DNA of 62,661 bases, filler included, from Asterionella formosa (Eukaryota): the NCBI GenBank assembly GCA_002256025.1. It is 15 parts of 15 records of this genome, joined end to end, with 100 filler letters (N's around TTAATTAATTAA, not from the genome) between each part and the next. Parts side by side here need not be neighbours in the genome. Positions count along the whole stretch, not along the records: positions 1 to 21,943 come from NKIB01002908.1; positions 22,044 to 43,983 come from NKIB01002910.1; 13 more parts are not named here. The stretch is one strand, 5' to 3'. Of this stretch, positions 11,334-22,614 are shown in pieces. Position numbers and translations under genes: made by a program. The notes beneath the pieces were generated by a model. That model was not told where the DNA came from and searched no databases. It saw only the letters and a program-made list of their open reading frames with translations. The first letter of the stretch is position 1, and each line of letters starts with the position of its first letter.

Positions 11334-12728
11334 CTAAGCAACTTCCACCAAATCAGTCTTGTTCATGTCATCAATTGTCATGACACCCCCTCGTGCAACA
11401 TAGGCCTTGTACTCTGCCATGCGCCGTTCTAAAAGTGGCGTTCTCCCATTCTCAACTTGATCCTTCATTTGAATGCCCCAGTAGGGAACCTGCGGTGATA
11501 CTGGCCACAAGCGCCTCATATCAATATGTAATCTCATTGCTGTCAATAACAACGGCGAGATATTTTCGTACGATTCTGTTCCATCAGGAAACTTGTTGTC
11601 TACCAAGCTATCGTGACCACCAATGCGCCCTTTCTTTCCAACTCGTCGATAGTTCTTGTTGGGCAAGTGCAGCACACTAAGCGCGCCAAACTGTTCCATC
11701 GGAATAAGCTGCTGCACATGGCAGTGTTTTGTGCCGTACAGTTGCTGTGAACTCATCCAAACCCGTTGTGTACCTTCCAATGGTTGGGAGGGCCGCTTCT
11801 TCATACCGGGTCGATTCTTCACCTTGTCAAACTCACAACCAGGACGATCCTTCCAGGCTTTTAGTAAATCTCTTGTGGCCAGAAACATTCCTTGATGATG
11901 ATTTGTCATATGGACATGTGTCCTGTGAAAGGCATCTTGGGGTACGGCATCAACTGATTTTGGAATTGGTGGATGCCAGGAATGCTCCCAGTACACTCTT
12001 GTAACATTTTGTGTAGCTTGCCTTGTTTTGTCATCAATCACAATATTACTTGGAAACGAGTATTCGTACCTAACAACACCAACATTGAAATCTGATGCCT
12101 TGTCATTGCCTACTACAGATTTGACCCGTTCCGTCTCCATCAGATAGGCTGCAACCGTCTTGGGACTGACTCTTATATCATCTTCCGTATAAATAAAAAG
12201 GTCGTATTCATCAATATGTTCATAAAAGAGTTTTCTATGAAAGTCCACGAGATGCAACTGCACATTTGGAGACACCAAGATGACGGTCACAGTGAATCCT
12301 GCTCGGGGGGATCGATTGTTGCATTGTAGACGCGAGTTCAGCAAGTCTATCAGAGTGACTGGATACGCGATGGTAGCATGGATGTACACATCCACTTTAG
12401 CCCCAGCTGCACATAGATCCAGGTATGCGTCCAGCACTTCCTCCAAATGTGGTAACTGACTGAAATCATAGGCGGCAACGTCAACTAGAATCCTTGTGCC
12501 ATCAAGTATTGACGCAGCCGAATCCTTGTCCGACGTTCTTACTGTTGTGTATTCCATCATATTCCTCATACACGGCACAACACCAGAAGCAACCTTAATA
12601 TTAACAATAACCACTCCACTCAAAACAGCCCCAAGAATGAACGACACCAAAATGGAAACCACGGACGATTGTGATTTTGTGCCATGGCGGCTTCGTCGTG
12701 GTAACATACTGGGAGGCGGCGATGACAT
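11334..12728 (-). CDS. Type II membrane protein, putative glycosyltransferase
   Basis: 464-aa ORF with one N-terminal TM helix and a DxD-like motif in YDLFIYTEDDI; function is inferred. Confidence 0.7.
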   Translation of the reverse strand: MSSPPPSMLPRRSRHGTKSQSSVVSILVSFILGAVLSGVVIVNIKVASGVVPCMRNMMEYTTVRTSDKDSAASILDGTRILVDVAAYDFSQLPHLEEVLDAYLDLCAAGAKVDVYIHATIAYPVTLIDLLNSRLQCNNRSPRAGFTVTVILVSPNVQLHLVDFHRKLFYEHIDEYDLFIYTEDDIRVSPKTVAAYLMETERVKSVVGNDKASDFNVGVVRYEYSFPSNIVIDDKTRQATQNVTRVYWEHSWHPPIPKSVDAVPQDAFHRTHVHMTNHHQGMFLATRDLLKAWKDRPGCEFDKVKNRPGMKKRPSQPLEGTQRVWMSSQQLYGTKHCHVQQLIPMEQFGALSVLHLPNKNYRRVGKKGRIGGHDSLVDNKFPDGTESYENISPLLLTAMRLHIDMRRLWPVSPQVPYWGIQMKDQVENGRTPLLERRMAEYKAYVARGGVMTIDDMNKTDLVEVA

Positions 12729-13175
12729 TGGTGCGAACAGACTTTCTATTCAACAAAGGCGTCACGGTGTGTCTGAATGAAGAATGGAATGCACCGGCGG
12801 CCGTCACGAAGCCTATCATATCATCTACCAGTGGGTACCCCAAACGCCATTTTGTGGCATTGTCCTATTGTATGGGTTTTGGCTAAAAGACTCATAATTC
12901 CTGATATAAATGTATGTTCATAATGTTGTGTGTTATTATTTACTCTGTGTTGAGGTCAAAAATAATCGTATATTTATGTATATATATTATGTTTGTACCG
13001 TATGTAGCATAATTATCACTTTATTTTTGGATTATTTAGAAGAAAAAAACTCCTCACTGAAAAAATAGATACATTGCTTCGTTTCTAAAACATTCAATCA
13101 TACAAATGGAATCACCACACAATTGAATTTGACTTGGAAATACAATGGATGCAAGAATCTTATAACTGCAGCATT

Positions 13176-14258
13176 TTAGCCCATTGAAAGAAGTTGAACC
13201 GAAAAAATCAAAGTCGAATTGGGAGGAATGACAGCACCACTGCCTTTCTCACCATAACCAAGTTCAGGGGGGATCGTAATTTCTCGCTCCCCACCAACCT
13301 TCATGCCATCCATTCCCTTCTCCAATCCTCTCACCACTTGGGCAGTCCCTTGCCGAAAAACAAGTGGATTTGCCTTGCTCTTATTTCTGTCAAATACCTT
13401 GCCATCAAGAAACCTACCTTCGTACAGAATGCTCAGCTTGCGGCCAGCCTTGACCACAGCTCCCGTGCCAATAACAAAGTCTCGGACCAAAACACCACCT
13501 TTTAGACGTCTCTCTTTTGTAATGGAAGGTACGTGTTTTGGCTTCGACGCACCTTCTTGGACCTGTAACTTTTCGTGTTTATTGAGAATGGCAACCGCAT
13601 CTTCTAGCTCCTTTGCCTTTTGCTTGGCGAGTTTTCGTCGTTGTTTCTTATTTAACTGTTCAGGAGCCTTTTCCTCTAATTCCTCTACTTCCTTCTCGAT
13701 TAATGTCTTAATGGAGGTTTCAGTTTGAAAGGTTTCTTCGCTTTTTTTGCTCAGCTTGCGCTTTTTACTGCTGGATGGCTCCGCGAGTTTCTGCTTTTCC
13801 TCCTCGTCAACAGATTCTTCAACGTGTACAACAGGAGTAGTGAGATTTTCCAATGGTTCCGCTGCCTTAGTGGCGTCAGTATTCTCAGGAATAACAATAG
13901 TATTGGATGAGACGCTCCCAAAGACATTGATTTGTCCACCGTTGGTACAAAGACGAAACACCTTCGGGCCACTGCATGTTAAACCTAGACCAGTCACAAT
14001 TGGAATCTCCTTGCTTAGTGGGCATAGCGTAATTATGTTACCTCCAAGTTCAAGATACTTAAGACTGCAACTGCAGCCAAGTTCCTGCAAGACAGCAGTG
14101 GTAATGGTCAATGTTGCGCCAGCGGAAACGGAAACAATGCAGTATTCCTGCTGCACTGGTAGCGAGAAGATGGAACCTACTTCTGATTGGAAGTCACCTC
14201 TCGATGATTCAACGAGAACACCAGCAGATTCCGGTATGGTTTTATCCTTTGAAGTCAT
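13176..14258 (-). CDS. Nucleoplasmin-type FKBP peptidyl-prolyl isomerase (Fpr3/Fpr4/FKBP53-like)
   Basis: C-terminal FKBP domain (YEGRFLDGKVFD, VVRGLEKGMDGMKVGGEREITIPPELGYG, IPPNSTLIF), charged K/E linker and a beta-rich N-terminal domain. Confidence 0.88.
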   Translation of the reverse strand: MTSKDKTIPESAGVLVESSRGDFQSEVGSIFSLPVQQEYCIVSVSAGATLTITTAVLQELGCSCSLKYLELGGNIITLCPLSKEIPIVTGLGLTCSGPKVFRLCTNGGQINVFGSVSSNTIVIPENTDATKAAEPLENLTTPVVHVEESVDEEEKQKLAEPSSSKKRKLSKKSEETFQTETSIKTLIEKEVEELEEKAPEQLNKKQRRKLAKQKAKELEDAVAILNKHEKLQVQEGASKPKHVPSITKERRLKGGVLVRDFVIGTGAVVKAGRKLSILYEGRFLDGKVFDRNKSKANPLVFRQGTAQVVRGLEKGMDGMKVGGEREITIPPELGYGEKGSGAVIPPNSTLIFSVQLLSMG

Positions 14259-15097
14259 GATGGTGAAAAGTGGACAATTAAATGTGACGAGGACACTGAT
14301 GCAGCTCCTGTCGCATGGATGTAATAGTTTCTGAACTACAAAAGTGAGTGATTTCCTTCTTTTCTGTCATGTAAACCTGCCGGTAAACTGTTTGTATATC
14401 GGTATTATAGTGGTAACCAGGTACCAGGTTCGGAAAAGGACCTGGTACCAGGTACCGGTACTCTCATACCGGTATTCGATGCCAAAATTCATATTCCAAT
14501 TCCTCATGTCGTGTCGTGATTTCATCCATCATCAGCGACCAGCAGCAATCAGAAAGGAGGCATCTAGATTGGGTGGCGGAGGAACATTCATACTTTAACC
14601 CGAACCCCATTCCATTTTTATTGGCTTCTTTTTCTTGCTGTCACCGAGTACCAGGGTACCGGTTTACGCTATGTACGACAGTGCCTGGTACCGGTAATCA
14701 TTTATGTCCACATCGTCGCGTCACCATATTTACCACAACTTGTGCTCTATGTTACGGTAAATTTGCTAAATAAACAATTTAATACGGGATAAAGACAGCT
14801 AAATCGTTAGCCTCAGCAAATTTACCGCAACTTGCTGTTACCAGGTACCAGGTACCAGGACCTTGTAATCAGTACGGTACGGTATGTTACTCCAGAGGAG
14901 TCAATGAAATATGAGACCATGTCTCGTTTTTGTGGCGATTAGCTATCGGGTATTTATATACCCTTAGTGGAGGGAACTTACAAGATTTGGCGATGACGAT
15001 CTCTACCTGTATTCTGCTTTGGTGGTCATTTTGTTGCTGATCGTAATCTTGCTGCAAATTATCTACCGGTATCATTTTCGACAACAAAGAACCAACC

Positions 15098-15648
15098 ATG
15101 GTGGATGTTTATGTTCCAAGTCAGCAGCAACAGCAAATACAGTCCGGAGTTGAGCCTGAAATTTTGGTTGTTTCTGGACAGGTCGTTAATCAAACACCAA
15201 TCGTCGTGGTTGGACAAGACATTACGCCTATTTATGGTGCGAATAGTGTGCAACAACAAACGGCAACTAAGTCAGATCTACAACAGCAAACATCAAATCA
15301 AAATCAGCAGCCGCAGCAAAATGGAAACAACCAGGATCATCAGCAGTCCAGTAGTACCCAGAGCGAGCAGCAAACGGGCCAAAAATCCTCTACTGGTTAC
15401 AGCATGGACATGGCAGGTAAAACGTAAAGGCTTACTCTTGTGCACGAATCAACGCGCTAGCCCTCCGAATTTTCCTAACATTGCATTCAATTACAGGAAT
15501 CACATCCATGATGAATGATGTTACCAAGACAGTGAACGGATATTCTACGAACCAAAAGACCATGCAAACTAGCTTTTCACAGATGAAGAAATCTGTCCAA
15601 ACGCTATTGTCGAGTGTAAAGCAAATCTTTGGTTTGTGCGGCAAATAG
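15098..15648 (+). CDS. Hypothetical Q-rich protein (2 exons: 15098-15416, 15497-15648; 156 aa)
   Basis: Q/N/S-rich ORF. A GT-AG intron at 15417-15496 joins in frame to ...GITSMMNDVTK...QIFGLCGK*. Confidence 0.6.
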
Positions 15649-16890
15649 ATGAATTCGACTTCGTTCCATTTCAACGGGCAAGATACATGTGGCAGTGTCT
15701 CGACTCTGGAATGTTGGTTGTAATGTGTGCTTCGTTGATGTATTAGCCCTTCAATCTTCCTTATGACTACTGGTATCAACGACAGTCGTCGTTGTAATTC
15801 TTGCAGCTGTATATCTATACTAGGAGGGAACTTGTTGCTTGTGGTCCTCTATTTGCGANNNNNNNNNNNNNNNNNNNNNNNNNNNNNNNNNNNNNNNNNN
15901 NNNNNNNNNNNNNNNNNNNNNNNNNNNNNNNNNNNNNNNNNNNNNNNNNNNNNNNNNNNNNNNNNNNNNNNNNNNNNNNNNNNNNNNNNNNNNNNNNNNN
16001 NNNNNNNNNNNNNNNNNNNNNNNNNNNNNNNNNNNNNNNNNNNNNNNNNNNNNNNNNNNNNNNNNNNNNNNNNNNNNNNNNNNNNNNNNNNNNNNNNNNN
16101 NNNNNNNNNNNNNNNNNNNNNNNNNNNNNNNNNNNNNNNNNNNNNNNNNNNNNNNNNNNNNNNNNNNNNNNNNNNNNNNNNNNNNNNNNNNNNNNNNNNN
16201 NNNNNNNNNNNNNNNNNNNNNNNNNNNNNNNNNNNNNNNNNNNNNNNNNNNNNNNNNNNNNNNNNNNNNNNNNNNNNNNNNNNNNNNNNNNNNNNNNNNN
16301 NNNNNNNNNNNNNNNNNNNNNNNNNNNNNNNNNNNNNNNNNNAAATTAGCAATGATGAGCGATCAGGAAAAATGGACACTGACGTCACGTGTGGACAGAG
16401 AAAGCTTCTTACCGACACACGATCGTCAGTTGTGTCGTAAATTGATTACCGGTACTACCCTGGTACGTGCCAGTGTCCGCTCCAGCACCGACCACCATTG
16501 CATCATGGCTGACACATCGTCGTCCGTTTTGGCATCTTCCACTCGTCTGCGATGTATTTATGTGTGTGTGTTTATCAACGATATCATACATGGTTTTGCT
16601 TATTGACCACGAAACAGAGCCGACGGTGATGCCTACCGGTCGTACCATACTAATAGAAGAAGACAAACTAACCAAAATTTTCCCTTACAACTCACATAAC
16701 ACATTACATCTGTTATCCTCCAGAGTGATCAATGCTACCAGTATTTTCTAGAGAATTTAGAATACGTGGTTGAAGGAACAGCAAGTTCATTGGCATTCTC
16801 GGATAGTAGGTTTCACTGAAATACAATAGCAGTCATATTTTCCGGTTGTCTATACTCGCCTTCAGAATTCTTACAGTTTACTTCCCAAAA

Positions 16891-18185
16891 ATGGCATGCC
16901 GTAGCTACATCAAACACAACGGGAGGTATACGCTCGCGATCATACTGTCCTTCTTTATGTTTTCGGGCCACGAAGTAGCAAATGCGTTCACATCCAAACA
17001 AGATTTGTGGTCAAGGAGGCGGACAGGGGCCAGCGGTGGGCTCTCGATGAAAGCATCCTCTCCCCCTCCCTTCCCGGTGAGAATTGCTGTTGTCGGCGGA
17101 GGAAACTTTGGCCTGGCTTTGGCATCAGTTTGTGCGCGAAAGGGCATCCCGACTACTTTACTGGTACGGACAGAAGCAGTGGCGGACTCCATTAACAACA
17201 AACACATCCATCCTCGGTACATGTCAGATATTGTCCTGCCGACGAAAATTAGAGCTACAACATCTGCTCAAAGTGCCCTTGCTGATTCAACGTATATCAT
17301 TCACGCAGTGCCGGTACAATACAGTCGAGATTTCTTGAATTCTGTCAAAGAATTTTTCCCACCTGGTGTACCGGTCCTCAGCGCGTCCAAGGGCATTGAG
17401 ACCTCGAGCCTGGGATTCATGGCGGATATTCTGAAAGAATGTCTCGGCGAAGATCGCCCGTATGCCTTTCTTTCTGGGCCATCCTTTGCCAGGGAAATCT
17501 GTCAAGGCGTTGCCACTGCTGTCGTTGTTGCTTCGGAAGAACTCATGCTGGCTCGTGACTTGGCGACCCTGTTATCGGATGACACATTTAAGGTATACAC
17601 TTCCAAAGATGTTGTGGGAGTCGAAATTGGAGGAGCTGTTAAGAATGTAATTGCTCTTGCAGCTGGTATGTGTGAAGGTCTTGGTCTTGGAACCAACGCC
17701 ATGAGTGGCTTAGTAACTCGAGGTTGTGGTGAAATGCGACGACTTGGACTGACGTTTGGTGCTAAACCAAGCACACTTGCTGGACTATCAGGTGCGTAGT
17801 GTCACAATTGATTTTCGGACCGGACGGCTAGGATTGTTGTCATTTCCTCACATTATATACTATTGTAGGTGTCGGTGATACATTTGGCACATGTTTCGGG
17901 CCGCTTTCTCGAAATCGAAAGTTTGGTTTTCGTCTAGGACAGGGTGAAACAATGGCTGAAATTTTGGCATCGACAACGGAAGTTGCCGAAGGAGTTGATA
18001 CGTCCATTGCTCTCGTGAATCTTATCAAGGCTGAATGCAAAGGCTACCGACTAGATCTGAAATACCCTATACTGTTTGGGGTTGCCAGTATCCTGGAAGG
18101 AAACCAAACTCCAGAGCAAGGCTTGAAAGCACTGATGAATATGCCGATGCAAATGGAGAACTTTGATGAGCGCGATTATATATAA
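16891..18185 (+). CDS. gpsA: Glycerol-3-phosphate dehydrogenase [NAD(P)+], GpsA-type, likely plastid-targeted (exons 16891-17791, 17869-18185)
   Basis: GGGNFG Rossmann motif, SKGIE, LSGPSFA, GAVKNVIALAAG, GLSGVGDTFGTC...SRN after splicing intron 17792-17868, and AEGV. Signal peptide ends ANA-F. Confidence 0.93.
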
Positions 18186-18289
18186 TGCGCTCACCACAAA
18201 AAACGGTGAACAAAAAAGCTGACAATCGGCTCCTATTAGTTTGCGCTATAATTACGTATATATATACAACCTTCATGTCCATAGCCTGG

Positions 18290-18817
18290 CTAATAGCTAC
18301 TGTAGGTATAGGCTACTGGCGGCCATTTGGGCGGGTCGTACCCTTTCCCTCCAATCGGTGAGCAGCGAAGGATCCGCCATGCGATCAGTACCGATCCCTT
18401 GGCAGTTCCAAACTCTTGAATAGCTTGAACTCCATATTGAGAACATGTTGGAACGAATCTGCAGGCTGGAGGCAGCAATGGTGAAATCCATCCCTTGTAG
18501 AATCCAATGGCTCCAATCATTGCATTCGACATTTTGCCTTCACCTGTACTAGTGCCTTTGTCGTCGCCGGACTCGTTATCTTCTACAGCTTTCATAAAAT
18601 TTGAAAGCAAGTTTGGATTCATTTTGTTGATTGTTTGCTGTGTCAGTATAATGCACAAGGGCAAAAACGATGAGATTATGGGGTTCTTGTATCCTCGTGA
18701 TGGATGGAGTTTATTGCCAACACCAAAGTGCATTGGTAATGAAATGATGCAAGATTGGCATGCCCCGTGGACATTTCCAATGCAAAAGAGAATCGCGAGT
18801 AAGAAATAATGCTTCAT
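18290..18817 (-). CDS. yidD: YidD-like membrane protein insertion efficiency factor
   Basis: ISPLLPPACRFVPTCSQY...WRILRCSPIGGKGYDP signature with an N-terminal signal peptide; possible in-frame intron 18763-18638. Confidence 0.85.
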   Translation of the reverse strand: MKHYFLLAILFCIGNVHGACQSCIISLPMHFGVGNKLHPSRGYKNPIISSFLPLCIILTQQTINKMNPNLLSNFMKAVEDNESGDDKGTSTGEGKMSNAMIGAIGFYKGWISPLLPPACRFVPTCSQYGVQAIQEFGTAKGSVLIAWRILRCSPIGGKGYDPPKWPPVAYTYSSY

Positions 18818-19392
18818 TTTAACAGATCGGCGGCGAGTGAAGGAACAAGGATGATCTGCTGAGCGATGGGCGGTACATCTACTAGTATGATTGTTCTTTC
18901 ATCTTGCTTTACTCGTCAAAATATCGGTATTCATACTCCAGGTAACACCGTATATTTTACTGGATGCCTCAGATACCTGGTACCGGTAGGTACCAGGTAC
19001 CTGGTACCAGAACCAGTAGAATACCTGGTACTCATTCGTCATACTTTGGTGATGGTACCTGTACCATGATACCAGGTACTAGGTGGTTTTGGTATCATAT
19101 CTCATACCGGTTTTCATTTTCTCGCCCATGATGATGCCTAGCAAATGAATTACCGGTAGTTTTAGCTATGGATTGAATAGTCGTATTCAAAACAGCGGGC
19201 AGAAATAATGGCCACCAAGCCAGGAATTAGTTTTTTCGTGATAATCCGTATTATTTTTTTTATACCGGGAAAAATACATGCAGGATCAAGACTTAATTTT
19301 CCCTTCTTTCAACACCATTGTGTTTGTATCCTCTCCTCTACCTTCGTTGTTGCTCATCTTGCAGGAAATTCGCAGAGCTTTTTGGCACTAGA

Positions 19393-20266
19393 ATGAGTCA
19401 TGGAGCTGGCTACACGGGAGGAAGAACGCGAATGGTGCGTTTGTTCAGACTATGGCCGGCGTTGGAAGCTTGGCGATGAATTATTCCTCTGCCAGCCCAA
19501 TCTATTCATCGAACAAACACAAACAAGAACTCATACTTGTACCTTTTGTTCTAATTTACAGAAAACAAAAGTCATTCTCAACGTGTATGACCTATCTCCA
19601 GCCAATAATATGCTGTATGCCATTGGATTTGGCCTACACCACAGTGGAGTTGAAATTATGGGCGACGAGTATTCCTTCGCGTCGGGGGCTGGCATTTTTC
19701 AGTCCATTCCCAAGGATGCACCGGGGGCACAATTTCGTGAATCCATCGAGTTGGGTCACTTTGACGGAGGGACTCAAGAACTTAAGACTGCCATTTCAGA
19801 AGTACGAAACGACTTTGGCCCCGACGATTACAACTTGGTGCGCAAAAATTGCAACCACTTTGCCAATGCTCTCACGTGGGCTTTGCTGGGACGCAGTATC
19901 CCAGCACATGTGAATCGGCTCGCGGACATTGGTGTTTGTTGTTCGTGTTTGTTACCCAAGCAACTATTGGAGCATGCTCCTGTGGGTGATACAACTGAAG
20001 CCAATAGTTCTAGTGGTTTCACAAGGTTTGGTGGGCCATCATCGAATAAGGTTACTCCTGCTTTTTCTGGAACTGGGTCCAAACTGGGTTCGTCTGGTGA
20101 TACTCAATCAGGACCACTTGGTGCCATATTTGGGACATCTGGATTAGGAAGCAGTAAGAGCACTGGTGACGATCTTGTGGATCGACGAGAAAGGGCTCGG
20201 AAAGCTGCAATGGCTAGACTGGAACGAAATCAAAAAGATGGTGGAGGCGGAAATACTAGTTCTTAG
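19393..20266 (+). CDS. DeSI/PPPDE peptidase (desumoylating isopeptidase family); exons 19393-19434, 19562-20266
   Basis: VILNVYDL, GLHHSGVE, YNLVRKNCNHF catalytic His/Cys motifs and VNRLA. Phase-0 intron GTGCGT...TACAG at 19435-19561. Confidence 0.9.
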
Positions 20267-20309
20267 ACAGGAGGGTGTAATGTAATATGAAACTGTACAC
20301 ACAGGGTTT

Positions 20310-21305
20310 CTAAGTTTTTTGCTTTTTGGATGGTGGCTTCCCCGGATCTTCGTGCCGGCGCTCCTCCAGCTCTGCTAGCTTCTCACCTACTCCCATGAGC
20401 AGTGTCGAGATGAAGCAAATATCTTCTTTTTCCGATTCCAAATTGATACCTTTGGCTGCAATCTTGCCCATAAGGAAAACTGTCTCTTGCAAACAGTCTC
20501 TAGCTTTGTCGTAATAGCCTTGCGCGTAAAACTCGCGCTCTATGGCTTTTACTAAAACTGTTTTCGTTTCTGTTGTAACAACATCTTGATCTTCGACACA
20601 GCATAAGAGAGAGTCTGCAATCAGCACGTTGGCTTCGACCACTTGTCGACTTGCTTTCAAATGTGCCAATGACAAGTCATTAGTATCAAATGCTTTCAAA
20701 TCTGCTTCTCGATAGGGCAACGCTCGTGTATAGGCATCTACGGCATCCCCATGTCGTTGCAGTGCCAATAAAACATCAGCAATACCAATTAATATTCGAG
20801 GTTGTTGTTCAGAGATCCAAGGGTTCGTTGCATTGGCTTCTATATATTGGTTCATAGTACTCCACGCATTCTCCATCATTTCATAAGCCAGGTGAAGGTC
20901 GTCATCTTCGTCATCTAGTGATTGCTGTTCTTGCTGTTGTTGGTCAGTTTCATCGTTGATGCCCTGATCAACGATGGATTCGTCGTCATTTTTCGTAGCT
21001 GGTTTCTTGTTGTTGTCATTATTTTTTTCCATGCCGTTGTTGGCACGTTCTTCTGCCGCATTGGCTGCTGCTAATTTTGGGTCTTGTTCTTCTTGTGTGG
21101 TGTTAATAGCCCGAAAGAGCGCATTGCCGTACTCATAATAACATGAAGCAGCCTCAAGACTTTCTGGACCATATTTGTTGATGCTTTCTTCTAAAAGTGT
21201 TGCAAATATATCAATGGCACCTTCGGCTGATCGGCCTGTTTGAACAAGAGTTCGTCCGGCCAGAAAGCGAGGGTCTTTCGTAATGATGGGAGGTTGTTGT
21301 GTCAT
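20310..21305 (-). CDS. NASP/Sim3-like TPR histone chaperone
   Basis: YYEYGNALF TPR interrupted by an acidic stretch, DDLHLAYEMMENA (SHNi-TPR-like), and a C-terminal NLS PPSKKQK. Confidence 0.8.
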   Translation of the reverse strand: MTQQPPIITKDPRFLAGRTLVQTGRSAEGAIDIFATLLEESINKYGPESLEAASCYYEYGNALFRAINTTQEEQDPKLAAANAAEERANNGMEKNNDNNKKPATKNDDESIVDQGINDETDQQQQEQQSLDDEDDDLHLAYEMMENAWSTMNQYIEANATNPWISEQQPRILIGIADVLLALQRHGDAVDAYTRALPYREADLKAFDTNDLSLAHLKASRQVVEANVLIADSLLCCVEDQDVVTTETKTVLVKAIEREFYAQGYYDKARDCLQETVFLMGKIAAKGINLESEKEDICFISTLLMGVGEKLAELEERRHEDPGKPPSKKQKT

Positions 21306-21719
21306 GTTCTTAGATATCGTTGTCCAAACCAAAAAAAGAAAGCAATATTGTGAAGATAACAAGCAGCAATCGAAACAGGCAGTACCTGGTACTCCTACCA
21401 GTTACCAGGTCGTACCTGGGTGGGTACCTGGTACCAGGTACCGACACATAAAGTACCGGCCGGTATGCCAGTATCTTAGTACTCCGGTTTGCGGATATCA
21501 CTGCTTCATGACACAGTCTACCGGCGTATCATTTTCTCTTGATTCCGGTATCTATTACGTATCGCCTGTGATTCATGATACAAGCAGGGACCAGCATCAT
21601 TGGCTCTCGATACATTATACTCACCATTCATCATAGATTAATTAAATTTTGAAATTATGGAGTAAATTTCATAGCGTATGCTTTTGTTAAAGAACATGAC
21701 ATTTTTGGAGGTTGTGAAG

Positions 21720-21872
21720 TCATACTTGGCCCCCAGAGGGACTTAGACCTCCATGTTGTCTGCCTCATCACCCAGAACCCTAAGGACTGCATGAACAAAG
21801 CAGGTGGAGAATATGGGAGTTGAATCCACCACATCAGGAGGTGTGCTTACCACTGACCCATTGCTTCCCCTA
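21720..21872 (-). other. tRNA-like/SINE-like degenerate sequence
   Basis: Minus strand begins GGGGAAGCAATGGGTCAGTGGTAAGCAC...GGATTCAACTCCCA, with A-box- and B-box-like motifs but no complete cloverleaf. Confidence 0.3.
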
Positions 21873-22043
21873 CATCATTTATTCAAACATATTTATTCAA
21901 ATCTATGCTATATCCCATAGCTATAGCTACCTGGTACCAAGGTNNNNNNNNNNNNNNNNNNNNNNNNNNNNNNNNNNNNNNNNNNNNTTAATTAATTAAN
22001 NNNNNNNNNNNNNNNNNNNNNNNNNNNNNNNNNNNNNNNNNNN

Positions 22044-22168
22044 GGTGAAAGCTCCGTTTAGCGATATACATTTACGTTTTACTCGTAAGAAGTCAATGTT
22101 TGACTACTCTGACTTAATATTATTTTTTTAACCCTACCTCGAGCTAGGGGTTCAAATGCAGGAACCTT
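22044..22168 (+). repeat. Partial copy of the MITE at 31518-31774
   Basis: ggtgaaagctccgtttagcgat...aaatgcaggaacctt aligns with 31522-31645; the left side is cut by a gap. Confidence 0.8.
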
Positions 22169-22614
22169 AAAGAAATTAAAAAGATACAATGCAAAAGTGA
22201 ACACCATCAGGTACAGATACCGGTATGTCGGTACCAGGTACCTGGTACCAAGATGACATGGTGATACCAGTGTTGGTACCAGGTGCCTTGTTATGTATAC
22301 CGTTGTGTGGGTTCTTTTGCATGCGATGCCTCGGCCTCGCTCCTGCCCAAAATGGCAAATTCGAGTCATTGCGCTCATTTTCGTGAGGACAAAAAACGAC
22401 TGCATAAATATATATACCAGTATAAAATATGGGTATTACTGTATATATATTTTTTATGTAGTACGTAGATACAAAGGTTTCCACAGGTAGGATCGCGATA
22501 CTGACTACCGGTATAATCATCAACTATTGCTCGTTTGGTCTCACTTAGGATCATTAATTACTCTCGACCTGCTGCTCAAAATCGCCTGTATGAAATCAAA
22601 AGTGCCCATCCAAG

